From Bacillales bacterium UBA6380 (lineage in GTDB: Bacteria; Bacillota_I; Bacilli_A; RFN20; CAG-826): 64,000 nt of DNA. Below the pieces are notes generated by a model that was given only the letters and a program-made list of their open reading frames with translations, was not told where the DNA came from and ran no database searches. The stretch is taken from assembly GCA_002438785.1 (NCBI GenBank), contig DJQS01000007.1:6194-70193 (forward strand). The letters run 5' to 3'. Positions within the stretch are counted from its first letter, which is position 1, and every line of letters starts with the position of its first letter. Below are positions 1 to 9,439 of the stretch, piece after piece. Position numbers and translations under genes: made by a program.

Positions 1-1
1 T

Positions 2-385
2 TGTTTGATTCTTAATAAAAGCGATTTAAGAGCCTTTGCTAAACTTAGAACGAAAGAAGGAAGAAAGGTCCATGCTATCGACTATGTAAATCAAACTATC
101 GATGGTGTTCCTTATGTCCTTAACTCTAACTGTGGAGCTTTAAGTGATCCAGCAACTAGTGAAGGTACTTATTGTATTGCATATGGTTCTTTAACGAACT
201 ATGAAGTACCAATCTTCTCGAATATCGAAATCGGTAAATCCACTGACTATAAATTTAAAGATGGCATCATTTGCTATAAGGCTAGTGTATTTACTGGCGG
301 TAATGTTATCGGATATAAAGGCTTTGTAAGAGTTAAGAAAAAAGCGTCAACCACACCTAGTGTAGAAGAGTCAAATTCTAACTAA
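2..385 (+). CDS. phage structural protein, C-terminal fragment (possibly major capsid protein); 5' end lies outside window
   Basis: ORF open to the window edge; sits immediately upstream of head-tail connector and tail genes; no diagnostic motif seen. Confidence 0.3.
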   Translation, partial: CLILNKSDLRAFAKLRTKEGRKVHAIDYVNQTIDGVPYVLNSNCGALSDPATSEGTYCIAYGSLTNYEVPIFSNIEIGKSTDYKFKDGIICYKASVFTGGNVIGYKGFVRVKKKASTTPSVEESNSN

Positions 386-663
386 TGATTCTTGATTTAG
401 TGAAAGAGTCCCTAGGGATAGTAGAATCTAACCATGATGTAGATAATGAGCTCAATGCTTTAATTGAAGCAAGTAAAGAGCTACTAAGGTCAAGTGGAGT
501 CAGTGAGAAGTATCTTGTTGGCTCTCTTGATCCTCTTATCAGTTCATTTATTTTGATTTATGTCACTACAAGTTTTGGCTATAAGAGTGATGGCAGTTTA
601 AAAGAGTTACCTAAGCATTTTGATTTTTTGCTTAAACAGATAGCTTTAACAAAACATGATTAA
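385..663 (+). CDS. phage head-tail connector protein (gp6-like)
   Basis: 92 aa, ATG overlaps upstream stop; size, position and sequence character match gp6-like connector family (recollection, no search). Confidence 0.4.
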   Translation: MILDLVKESLGIVESNHDVDNELNALIEASKELLRSSGVSEKYLVGSLDPLISSFILIYVTTSFGYKSDGSLKELPKHFDFLLKQIALTKHD

Positions 664-985
664 TGCATTTACTTTAAAGGTAACTCTTTTCAATGTCGAA
701 ACAAGTGCTGATTCTTATGGTAAGCAAAAATATCAAATAAATGAAGAGAGTACCATCATGGCAATGGAAACGAATATCACTAGAAGCGAGTTTTATGAAG
801 CAAGTAGAAGTGGCTATAAGATTTCTCGTGTGATTAGAATAAATAACTTCTTGTATAAAGGTCAAAGGTTTATTGGCATAGATAAGAAAATCTATAAAGT
901 GATTAAAACTTACCAGTTATCGCATTTGCTCGAACTCACCTTAGAAAATACTTCATTAAAGGAATTAGAAGGATGGCTAGTTTAG
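656..985 (+). CDS. phage head-tail adaptor / head closure protein
   Basis: 109 aa, translationally coupled in the head-to-tail joining block. Confidence 0.35.
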   Translation: MINAFTLKVTLFNVETSADSYGKQKYQINEESTIMAMETNITRSEFYEASRSGYKISRVIRINNFLYKGQRFIGIDKKIYKVIKTYQLSHLLELTLENTSLKELEGWLV

Positions 986-1359
986 ATGACTTTGTTGATG
1001 AGATTTCTTCTTTAATTGAGAGCTCATTAGATTTTGATAATGAAGTGGATGAGATTATGGAAGATACCGCTAGAGATATTATTGAAGATATTAAAAGCAA
1101 TGCTCCAATTGGTAAATCTAAAGAGCACTTAAAAGATAGTTTCACTTATTTAAAAGAAGGAACGAAAGTGCATAAAAGCATAACGATCTATTCTTCGAGT
1201 AAAGGAAGACTTGTCCATTTAATTGAGTTTGGCTTTATTCATCGAAGCGGTAAGTTTGTTAATGCTCGACCATTTTTAAGACCTGCTTATGATAAGAATG
1301 AACCGAAGATGGAAACTAAAATCAAGGAGGCAATTAAGAATGCAACTAGAAAATCTTAA
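973..1359 (+). CDS. phage tail component, HK97 gp10-like
   Basis: 128 aa, position between adaptor and major tail protein. Confidence 0.35.
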   Translation: MASLDDFVDEISSLIESSLDFDNEVDEIMEDTARDIIEDIKSNAPIGKSKEHLKDSFTYLKEGTKVHKSITIYSSSKGRLVHLIEFGFIHRSGKFVNARPFLRPAYDKNEPKMETKIKEAIKNATRKS

Positions 1360-1687
1360 AGCAATATTAGAGAGTATCACACCTACCTTTTATGGAAGTT
1401 ATAGTCCATCGATGGTTGAAGAAGAGCTCTCTAATTTTATTGTTTTCACTCGAATAAATAGCTCATTTAAGACTTATTTTGATGATAGGGAAGCAATAAG
1501 AGTGACACATTATCAGGTCAATTTAATCACTATAGATTTAAAGACCATGGATACTCTTTCAAAGAAACTCGAAGAAACTCTTAAACAAAATGACATATCT
1601 TTTACTCTTACAAGCGAATATATAAACGATAACGACACAATAAATACAGTCTATGAAATAGAAATGGAGGAATTTATAGATGGCTAA
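1340..1687 (+). CDS. phage tail completion / tail terminator-like protein
   Basis: Start refined to ATG 1340, 8 nt after AAGGAGG (1325-1331); the ORF-track start at 1289 overlaps the upstream gene. Confidence 0.35.
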   Translation: MQLENLKAILESITPTFYGSYSPSMVEEELSNFIVFTRINSSFKTYFDDREAIRVTHYQVNLITIDLKTMDTLSKKLEETLKQNDISFTLTSEYINDNDTINTVYEIEMEEFIDG

Positions 1688-2243
1688 TAAAATAACTTTT
1701 GGATTACGTAATGTTCACTATGCTTTGGCAACTAATGATGGTGAATCTTGGACTTTTGCTACACCTAAAGAGTTAATCGGCGCTCAGGAATTCTCAACTG
1801 AGATGGTTGGTGGAACAAGTCAAGTCTATGCTGATGATAAGATATTTCACACTTTAGTTTCTAATAGTGGAGCAACCATTACATTAAAATTAACTGAACT
1901 ATCTGACGAGTTTAAAAAGGATATTTTTGGCTATGTTGAAGATAGCAATAAAAACTTAATTGAAGTCACTAATGCTGAAGTGAAGACTTTTGCTTTAGGT
2001 TATGAGATTCAAGGTGATAGTAAGGCTAGGAGAGTGTGGTATTTCTTATGCACGGCAACCCCAGTCGGACAATCAACGAAATCGAAAGCCGATAGCATTG
2101 AAGCAAATAGTGTCTCTTTAACTATTACTGCTCGACCAATTGAAATCAACGATAAAGAAGTCTTAAGAGTTATCGCTTCAAAAGGTGATACAAACTATGA
2201 GAACTTCTTTAAAACTGTAACCTTACCAACTTTAGGAGCTTAA
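1680..2243 (+). CDS. phage major tail protein (TP901-1/phi13-like family)
   Basis: 187 aa, N-terminus MANKITFGLRNVHYA... typical of siphovirus major tail proteins; lies just upstream of chaperone and tape measure. Confidence 0.55.
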   Translation: MANKITFGLRNVHYALATNDGESWTFATPKELIGAQEFSTEMVGGTSQVYADDKIFHTLVSNSGATITLKLTELSDEFKKDIFGYVEDSNKNLIEVTNAEVKTFALGYEIQGDSKARRVWYFLCTATPVGQSTKSKADSIEANSVSLTITARPIEINDKEVLRVIASKGDTNYENFFKTVTLPTLGA

Positions 2244-2247
2244 GTCT

Positions 2248-2592
2248 ATGGAAAAAGTAGTAGAAATTGGTAGTGAAAAGCTCGTTTTAAGATCATCTCT
2301 TTACTCCCTTATCAATTATCGTAATAGGTTTGGAAGCGAGCTCTTTAACGACATCAAAAAAATAGAAGAGGTCAAAGAAAATAATATCACAGAAGTCTTG
2401 GAAGTAATTTTTAGGATCGTTTTCATTTTAACTAATCCTAAAGATGGTGAGACTTTTGATGATTTCTTGAAGAGATTTGATTTAGGAATTTTAAGTGATG
2501 TTAGCTTGCTTCAAAGACTTTCAAATGCGATTGTTGAACTCTTAAAACCCGATAACAAAGGAAATAAAGGAGAGACGTTTCGAAGCGAGTAA
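2248..2592 (+). CDS. tail assembly chaperone (gpG-like)
   Basis: 114 aa acidic protein directly upstream of tape measure; overlapping alternative-frame ORF downstream (see next feature). Confidence 0.5.
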   Translation: MEKVVEIGSEKLVLRSSLYSLINYRNRFGSELFNDIKKIEEVKENNITEVLEVIFRIVFILTNPKDGETFDDFLKRFDLGILSDVSLLQRLSNAIVELLKPDNKGNKGETFRSE

Positions 2593-2773
2593 GCATTCGT
2601 TTACAGCAAATATAATTTTTAATTTAGGTAAATTAGGCTTATCGATTGATGATAGCAGGTACTTTGATATTTCTACATATGTTGAGCTTATCCAAATTGA
2701 GCGAGAAATACATGGTGAAGAAAGTGGAAATAGAAGAGCAAGTCAAACAGATATCGATAGGTTTTTTATTTAG
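2567..2773 (+). other. open +1 frame overlapping the 3' end of the chaperone gene (candidate G-T frameshift extension, about 69 codons)
   Basis: Frame 2 is stop-free from 2567 to TAG 2771-2773, ending 13 nt before the tape measure ATG; classic position of the gpT-like extension. Confidence 0.3.
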
Positions 2774-2785
2774 AAAGGAGGTATT

Positions 2786-4657
2786 ATGGCAGAGACTATA
2801 AGAGGAATAAACATCAAATTAACTCTCGATGGTAAAGATTTACAAAACGAACTTAACAATATTAAAGCCAATTTAAAAGAACAGCAAAAAGATTTAAAAG
2901 CCATCAATACCTCTCTTCGCTATGATTCTTCTAATGTCGATTTATGGAAGAAAAAACAAGAGACATTAAACTCTATTTTAGAAACCACGAAGAAGAAACT
3001 TCAAAATCAAAATGAACAATTAGAAAAAGCTAAAGAAGCCTTAAAGGTTGGCGAGATATCAGAAAAAGAATATAACCAGTTAAGAAGAAACGTTGAATAC
3101 ACGGAAGCTGACATTTCAAAGTTAAATAATGAGCTTAATAAAACAAGTGAGAAAATTAACTCTTTAGGTAGTGTTGACCTTTCTAAACTTTCTAAATTAG
3201 GCACGAACTTAACTAAATATGTGACTGCTCCTCTCATTGGTGCATTTACAGCTTTAACGACCTTGACTGTGAAAAGTGCTGAAACTGCTGATGAATTAGG
3301 TGATTTAGCTCAAAACTTAGGAATCTCAGTAAAATCACTTCAGGAGTGGAACTATGTAGCTAAACTTTTAGCAGTCGATAACGAGCAACTTCAAAAGGCT
3401 TTTATCAAAACGAATTCTCTTTTAGGTGATTTAGCAAGTGGTAATACATCAACTGCAACATCAGCTTTAGAACAGCTAGGAATAACCTATGATAAATTAA
3501 AAGGGAAGAGTGTAGATGAAGCCTTTAATATTATCCGTAATGCCCTATCTAGTTTAGAAGATGAAACTTTAAGAGTTGGCATAGCTAATGATATTTTTGG
3601 CGATAAAATTGGCACTGATTTACAACAACTTTTATCCGCTTCAAGTCAAGAAATAGAGAATTTTAAAAATGAGTGTCTTTCTTTAGGGATTATTACTGAT
3701 GAAGAGGTGAGAAAAAGTGCAGCATTCAACGATGAATTAGATCGAGTGAAACAACAGCTTCAAACATTAGGTGTCGAAGTCGCTCAAATTTTACTTCCTA
3801 TCTTAACTGAGTTTTTAGGTTATGTAAAAGAGAGTCTTATTCCAAAAATCAGTGAATGGGCAAATAAGCTAGCCAACATGAATGACACTACAAAAAAGAC
3901 CATTTTAGTGATTGGTGGAATGATTGCGATTGTTGGTCCAGCGATTAAGATAGTGACAGCTTTAGTGCCTGTAGTAAAAGGTTTATCGACTGCTTTAACT
4001 AGTGTTGGAACAAGCGGATTTTTTGCTGGAGAAGGAATAAATGCTGCCACTTTAGGAATTGGTGCTTTAATCGCTTTACTCGTAGTTGCTTTATCTCAAT
4101 CAGAGACTTTTAAAGAGATCATTGGAGAAATTGGAGAGCTATTAGTTCAAATCATCGAACCTATCTGGGACATCATTGAGACAGTTGGAGAAGCCTTAAT
4201 GCCAATTATTGATTTGGTAATGGAAGTAATAAATACATTAATGGGACTTTTACAGCCTTTATTAGATACGCTTTTGTTACCAATTAAAGTCGTACTTGAT
4301 GTTATAGGAAGAATAATCCAAGCCTTAAATCCAGCCTTAAAACTGATAGCAAATGTAATTCAAAGAGTAATCGCACCAGTCCTTGAGATGCTCTATGCGA
4401 TTTTAGAACCTATTTTTTCTATATTAAACGCCATCATTGAAGCGGTTGAGTGGATTATTGATCATACTGTCGGCTGGCTTATGGATCTTTTTGATTCAGC
4501 AGTTGATTGGTTTAAAGATACATTTCATCTTGGTGGTAATTCAAATAGCTCAAATCAAACTACGAATAACACAACAAATAATGTCACGATCAACACGAGT
4601 TCTAGTGAATTTGATGTCGATTCAGTCAATGAAGCCTTAGGAGGTAATTATCTATGA
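2786..4657 (+). CDS. phage tail tape measure protein
   Basis: 623 aa; N-terminal coiled coil, central hydrophobic/Gly-rich segment, AGGAGG RBS; canonical position after chaperone. Confidence 0.7.
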   Translation: MAETIRGINIKLTLDGKDLQNELNNIKANLKEQQKDLKAINTSLRYDSSNVDLWKKKQETLNSILETTKKKLQNQNEQLEKAKEALKVGEISEKEYNQLRRNVEYTEADISKLNNELNKTSEKINSLGSVDLSKLSKLGTNLTKYVTAPLIGAFTALTTLTVKSAETADELGDLAQNLGISVKSLQEWNYVAKLLAVDNEQLQKAFIKTNSLLGDLASGNTSTATSALEQLGITYDKLKGKSVDEAFNIIRNALSSLEDETLRVGIANDIFGDKIGTDLQQLLSASSQEIENFKNECLSLGIITDEEVRKSAAFNDELDRVKQQLQTLGVEVAQILLPILTEFLGYVKESLIPKISEWANKLANMNDTTKKTILVIGGMIAIVGPAIKIVTALVPVVKGLSTALTSVGTSGFFAGEGINAATLGIGALIALLVVALSQSETFKEIIGEIGELLVQIIEPIWDIIETVGEALMPIIDLVMEVINTLMGLLQPLLDTLLLPIKVVLDVIGRIIQALNPALKLIANVIQRVIAPVLEMLYAILEPIFSILNAIIEAVEWIIDHTVGWLMDLFDSAVDWFKDTFHLGGNSNSSNQTTNNTTNNVTINTSSSEFDVDSVNEALGGNYL

Positions 4658-5475
4658 GAAAGTTTTATTTACAAAATGAGAAAGGTGAGATTTTTTATTT
4701 TGATTACCATTCTAAGGTTCTCATTTCCAGCGTCTCAGGTTTAGGCTTTGAAAAAGAAATCACTTACTTTGATTATGATAATCTCTATAAGAAAATCGAA
4801 GAGAAGAATCCTCAACAAGAGATTGCTTTTAAACTTGTATTTTTAGAAAATTATAAGGGTTTTAAAGGGTTTTTGAAATTTATTGAGGATTCTAGTGAAC
4901 TTGTTTTATATTACACGAGTGTCGACACTAAATACACTTATGTTGAGATTGAATCCTTATCAAAAACTCAAATTGAAGGTGGAGCATTGACTTCGGATTT
5001 AAAGATGAAGAAGCTCTCTTATTGGTATAAAGATGTCGTTAGCGATGTAGTAATCAATGTCTCTAGAACTGGTAAGATTTATCCTTTTACTTATCCTTAC
5101 ACTTATAGCAACTCTTCAAAAGGAAAATTAGAGATTACAAATAATGGATATGCACCAGCTCCTTTAAAGATAATTATTGAAGGTGATGTGAATAATCCAG
5201 AAGTGATTGTTACTAAGGACGGAATTGAAGAAGCTAAGTTAAAAATATATTATGAGTCATCTAATTGTAGGATAGTGGTTGATGCCTTTCCTACTCGACA
5301 ACAAATCACCATCACTGAAAATGAAGAAACCATCGATGCTTATGAATATCAAGATTTCTCATGTGATAACTTTATCTTTTTAAGTAGAGGTAAGCATGAG
5401 ATTACTTTTATTCCAAACACTGAGACTACGCCTAAATGCTCAATTACGATGATTGAAGGATACTTAGGAAATTAG
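4654..5475 (+). CDS. distal tail protein (Dit-like)
   Basis: 273 aa, ATGA overlap with tape measure stop; size and position typical of Dit. Confidence 0.5.
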   Translation: MRKFYLQNEKGEIFYFDYHSKVLISSVSGLGFEKEITYFDYDNLYKKIEEKNPQQEIAFKLVFLENYKGFKGFLKFIEDSSELVLYYTSVDTKYTYVEIESLSKTQIEGGALTSDLKMKKLSYWYKDVVSDVVINVSRTGKIYPFTYPYTYSNSSKGKLEITNNGYAPAPLKIIIEGDVNNPEVIVTKDGIEEAKLKIYYESSNCRIVVDAFPTRQQITITENEETIDAYEYQDFSCDNFIFLSRGKHEITFIPNTETTPKCSITMIEGYLGN

Positions 5476-5477
5476 AT

Positions 5478-6599
5478 ATGAAACTTATATTTTTAGATAG
5501 AGGCACCTTAACATATAAGGATAACGCTTATGTCTCGAATGAGTTTGAAATCATCATTGATAGCGTAGTCAAACAGAAGTCGAATTTTGTCGCTAACAAA
5601 GAAAAGATCAATGCTAGTGTCGGTGATATTGTGGTTTTAAAAGAAGGAGAACTCTCTTATATTGGAATCTTACAATCGATCACTCAAAATAAAGATAAAA
5701 CAAGCAAAATACAACTTAATGACTTTAAAGAAATATTTAATATTGAAGTTCCGATTTCTTCCTTTTCTGGTGATATTTGCTTATTACTAGCAAACACCAT
5801 AAAAAAAGCATTCATTGAAAATAGCGATGATAAGCAAAATCTAAAATATCTTAGAATTAAGCAATTATCTAGTGTAGAAGGTAACTTAAATTATAATGAT
5901 GACACTTTGATTAAAATTGAAGACTTGATTGAAATGGTGAGTAAAACTTATGGCATCATTTTGCATTATAAAGTTAAATTTTTAAGAGGAAGATTTGTAA
6001 ATATTGAAATCATCATACAAGAAGAAAGTCATCTAGTTAAACTGCGACACGACTTTAAAGCGATCAGTAATTTAACAATTAAAGAGAGCGAAGATAACAC
6101 AGTTAATAAATGCATCTTTTATCCGAAAGCTGATAATGAAACACATAAGGATGAGAGATGTTTTTATTTGCTTAAAGATGGAACTATAAGTGAAGATAAG
6201 GAAAGTGAAAATCGATTTAATTACGTCAATGTCTACTCTGCTTTTTATGCGGATAATGAATATGAAAATTTAATAACAAAAGCACAAGAGAAGATGATTA
6301 ATTCTAGTCAAGATCATCAAATAACCTTTGAACTTGATGGAACTAATAAAATCTTCATTCCTTTAGCGAATATTTTTGTTGGGTATTTTATTGAGTTCTA
6401 TGCTCCAAAAAGAACCTATATGACAATGCTTACTCAGATTAAGTATAAGAACACTTTTTCTAGTTGCACCTTGACTTTAGGTGAGCAAAGAAACTCGCTA
6501 ACTGACAAAATTAAAATGCTAAGTAAAGGTGGTCAAGATAGTGGAACGACCATCAATGTATCGACAAATTTAGTAAATTTAGATGGAGGACAATACTAA
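5478..6599 (+). CDS. phage tail-associated / baseplate protein (Tal-like N-terminal module)
   Basis: 373 aa, immediately after Dit. Confidence 0.4.
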   Translation: MKLIFLDRGTLTYKDNAYVSNEFEIIIDSVVKQKSNFVANKEKINASVGDIVVLKEGELSYIGILQSITQNKDKTSKIQLNDFKEIFNIEVPISSFSGDICLLLANTIKKAFIENSDDKQNLKYLRIKQLSSVEGNLNYNDDTLIKIEDLIEMVSKTYGIILHYKVKFLRGRFVNIEIIIQEESHLVKLRHDFKAISNLTIKESEDNTVNKCIFYPKADNETHKDERCFYLLKDGTISEDKESENRFNYVNVYSAFYADNEYENLITKAQEKMINSSQDHQITFELDGTNKIFIPLANIFVGYFIEFYAPKRTYMTMLTQIKYKNTFSSCTLTLGEQRNSLTDKIKMLSKGGQDSGTTINVSTNLVNLDGGQY

Positions 6600-7420
6600 T
6601 GGCAGTAACAAAATTAACCTTTGATGAAGCGCTCAACACGGCAAAAAACGACGCTTATTTCAATTGGTATTTAACAAATAAAACAAATGGAATATTTAAA
6701 GATTTAGGTAATGCTTGTGAGGCAAGTGCAAGTAATGGAAGTATCACCTTTAAAGATGGCTTTGTTTCAGTTTATGGAAGAAGAGTATATATCGAAAACG
6801 GCACATCGATCACTATTACTTTAAATGAAACTAAGAAAGGCTACGTGGTTTTAAAGGTAGATACAATCAATAACAAAGCTGAGATTTTACTTCACGAAGG
6901 AACTTCAAGTAATTATCCTACTCTTACTCAAGAAGACTTATTAGAGCAGGACGGAGTGTTTGAATTACCACTCGTAGGCTACTCTAAAACAACAACTACG
7001 CTCACTTTAGATAAGTCTTGCATCTCTTATATTTCTACGAATAAAGAAGAATTAACAAATACGAGTGAGAAGTTATCGGATGCATTAAAACAAGAAGTAA
7101 ACACTTTAAACTCGACGATTAAGTCAAAGCAACATGGACTTCAATATGTCGTTTTCTATCAATATAGCAGGTCAAACAACACGATAAAGTTTGATATAAC
7201 CAGTGTGATGAGTAAAGATTCGGTCATTCTTTCCTTTGCTTTTTGTAATAACATCATTTCTATTTCTTTAGATTTATTAAAAGGGACTACGGCGATTAGT
7301 TTTGGCTATCGTTATTTAGGAACGGACTATCAAGGATCCATTGAGCGTAGTGGTAACTTTTTATTCATCACGGTTGAAGAGTCAACTCATAATATCAAAA
7401 AACTATATGCACATTTTTAG
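6599..7420 (+). CDS. phage baseplate / tail protein, function unknown
   Basis: 273 aa, coupled ATG overlapping upstream stop. Confidence 0.3.
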   Translation: MAVTKLTFDEALNTAKNDAYFNWYLTNKTNGIFKDLGNACEASASNGSITFKDGFVSVYGRRVYIENGTSITITLNETKKGYVVLKVDTINNKAEILLHEGTSSNYPTLTQEDLLEQDGVFELPLVGYSKTTTTLTLDKSCISYISTNKEELTNTSEKLSDALKQEVNTLNSTIKSKQHGLQYVVFYQYSRSNNTIKFDITSVMSKDSVILSFAFCNNIISISLDLLKGTTAISFGYRYLGTDYQGSIERSGNFLFITVEESTHNIKKLYAHF

Positions 7421-7432
7421 GAGGAAAAAATT

Positions 7433-8284
7433 ATGGCAACAATACAACTTAGAAGAAAAACTACATCAGGAAACGGTCCACATATCGGTAGTACAGGATC
7501 AGTAAAACAAGGTGAGCCATTAATCGATTTAAATGGTGGTAATCTTTATATCGCTAAAAAAGATAAAACGGCATCAAGTTCAGCACCTTTAGCAGTGACT
7601 GATTATTTTGAATTCGTTAATAAAGATAAATTGATCGGCATGATTGAAGATGCTACAACAGCGTTAGAACTTGGCACAGCTTCAAGATTTAATGTAGGAG
7701 ATGCAGAAGGGTGTATTCCTTATGTTCATAGTGATGGTTACCTTTCTCCTGATATTATTCCAAGCATCGCTATCACTAATACCTTTGTGGCTAACTCTGA
7801 TAGTGAAATGATCGCTTTATCAAATGCTGAGGTCGGTGATATTTGTATTCGTAACGACCTATCAAAGACCTTTATTTTAAAATCTAATCCTTATAACACT
7901 CTTTCAAACTGGACTGAACTTAAAACCCCAGCTGATAAGGTTAGCTCAGTAAATGGTAAGACTGGAGCAGTGAATATTTCTCTTAGTGAGTTAGGAGGCG
8001 TTTCAACATCAACGTTTAATACCCACGTAAATAGCAATAAACACTTAACCGATGCTCAAGTTCAACTCTTAAGTCACATCTATTCCTCTGAAATTGATAC
8101 TAGTGCTGGAAGTGTATTTATTAGCCAACAAGAGTTTAGAGATAATGCTATCACAAATGCCATCATGGTTAACTTTGACGTTCATGAATTTTATGAATCC
8201 TTCTTTGTTAAAAAGTTTTATTTAGCTATTGATGGCACTAAGGTGTATCATCCTGGCTCAACGATTGATGGAGGTACTTATTAA
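7433..8284 (+). CDS. phage tail fibre / receptor-binding protein
   Basis: 283 aa; N-terminal MATIQLRRKT...QGEPLIDLNGGNLYIAKKD motif resembles the conserved N-terminal module of Firmicute phage tail fibre/HylP-like proteins (recollection). Confidence 0.45.
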   Translation: MATIQLRRKTTSGNGPHIGSTGSVKQGEPLIDLNGGNLYIAKKDKTASSSAPLAVTDYFEFVNKDKLIGMIEDATTALELGTASRFNVGDAEGCIPYVHSDGYLSPDIIPSIAITNTFVANSDSEMIALSNAEVGDICIRNDLSKTFILKSNPYNTLSNWTELKTPADKVSSVNGKTGAVNISLSELGGVSTSTFNTHVNSNKHLTDAQVQLLSHIYSSEIDTSAGSVFISQQEFRDNAITNAIMVNFDVHEFYESFFVKKFYLAIDGTKVYHPGSTIDGGTY

Positions 8285-8463
8285 TGGCAACTATCATGAT
8301 CAAAAGAGGTCTTAGAGTACCAACAACTACCGCCTTAACGAAAATGGGAGAGATGGCAGTTAATTATCAAACAGGATACGTTTATATTAGATGCATTAAG
8401 GGAATAATGTGTATAAATACGAATACACTATCGACTACGACAACAAGTAGTGCAACATCATAG
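8284..8463 (+). CDS. small ORF (59 aa) repeating the tail-fibre N-terminal motif
   Basis: Not in ORF track; TAATG overlap with upstream stop; translation MATIMIKRGLRVPTTTALTKMGEMAVNYQTGYVYIRC... parallels MATIQLRR...GEP...GNLYI of the preceding gene. Confidence 0.3.
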   Translation: MATIMIKRGLRVPTTTALTKMGEMAVNYQTGYVYIRCIKGIMCINTNTLSTTTTSSATS

Positions 8464-8475
8464 GAGGATAGAATA

Positions 8476-8760
8476 ATGGCGATTATTAAAAAATTAGAGT
8501 CTAGTTTTGGCGTGGATTTAAATTACCATAGGATTACAAATATTTCACTTAATGCTTTGGATAAAGAAGTGATTATCTGCGTCGGTTCATATTTAGATAA
8601 AGAAAAAAGAGATAAGGGGTGTGATCCAATTGATAGCATAGACATTCTGGTGCCTAAAGAGGACTATCAAAACTTTTTTACAGGTAATGTTTTAGAAGTT
8701 GGCTATAAGTGGTTAAGAGAAAATGTAGTCGGATTTGAGGAGGCTATAGATGATAAATGA
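8476..8760 (+). CDS. hypothetical phage protein (94 aa)
   Basis: AGGAGG RBS; overlaps next gene start by 11 nt (coupled). Confidence 0.4.
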   Translation: MAIIKKLESSFGVDLNYHRITNISLNALDKEVIICVGSYLDKEKRDKGCDPIDSIDILVPKEDYQNFFTGNVLEVGYKWLRENVVGFEEAIDDK

Positions 8761-9439
8761 GTTAACTTTAAAAAGAGATGCCTTGCTTAAAAACATCGAT
8801 AAAAACAAAATCGCTAGAGACATAAAAGGTATCCTTCCATCAGTTGAAGTGATGTTTATCTATTTTGGTGGAAGCGTTGCCTATAACAGCTTTGTTGGTG
8901 ATAAGAGCGACTTTGATTTAGTAGTCTTTGTAGATGGATTTCACAAGGTCTTTCAAACAAGTTATAACAATATGGATTTATTCATCTATCCAAAAAATGC
9001 TATTACTGAACGCTATAACAAAGATAACGATTATCCATTTTATAAGCAATGTTTTCTCGATGATGTTTTATCTCTTCCTGCCACATTAGTTTATTTAAAT
9101 CCGAACTACGAAAAAGAATATAACGAATTCAAAAATAAAGATTTTAATGGGGTTTTGCATGGCTTTTTAGATAATTTCTATAATTACCACATGTTTTGTT
9201 TTAACGGATTAACAGAAATGGCTAAGAAATTTTATCACGTTATAAGAATGAAAGGACAAATCGAAAACTATAAAAAGACAGGTAAGTTCACTCTTGATAT
9301 CGCCCCTGAATATTATAAAGAAATGATGGATTTAAAACTCCATTACGATGATAAAAATAGAAAAGATGAATTCTTAAAGAAAATAGAAGAATACTTAAAA
9401 GATATATATGAATTTAAGGAGGTGTTAACTTATGGATAG
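8750..9439 (+). CDS. Pol-beta superfamily nucleotidyltransferase (ANT/Lnu-like fold), phage moron
   Basis: 229 aa; hG[GS]x11DxD motif FGGSVAYNSFVGDKSDFDLVVFV (nt about 8867-8917) typical of minimal nucleotidyltransferases; helical C-terminal half. Confidence 0.5.
   Translation: MINELTLKRDALLKNIDKNKIARDIKGILPSVEVMFIYFGGSVAYNSFVGDKSDFDLVVFVDGFHKVFQTSYNNMDLFIYPKNAITERYNKDNDYPFYKQCFLDDVLSLPATLVYLNPNYEKEYNEFKNKDFNGVLHGFLDNFYNYHMFCFNGLTEMAKKFYHVIRMKGQIENYKKTGKFTLDIAPEYYKEMMDLKLHYDDKNRKDEFLKKIEEYLKDIYEFKEVLTYG

Noticed and set aside
4437-4640. Six-frame ORF inside the tape measure gene in another frame; similar internal or antisense ORFs at 3007-3237, 3820-4050, 46438-46791, 56826-57329, 58423-58719
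   Set aside because: They lie fully within well-supported long genes, have no RBS, and show biased hydrophobic composition typical of off-frame translation of AT-rich DNA. Judged spurious.
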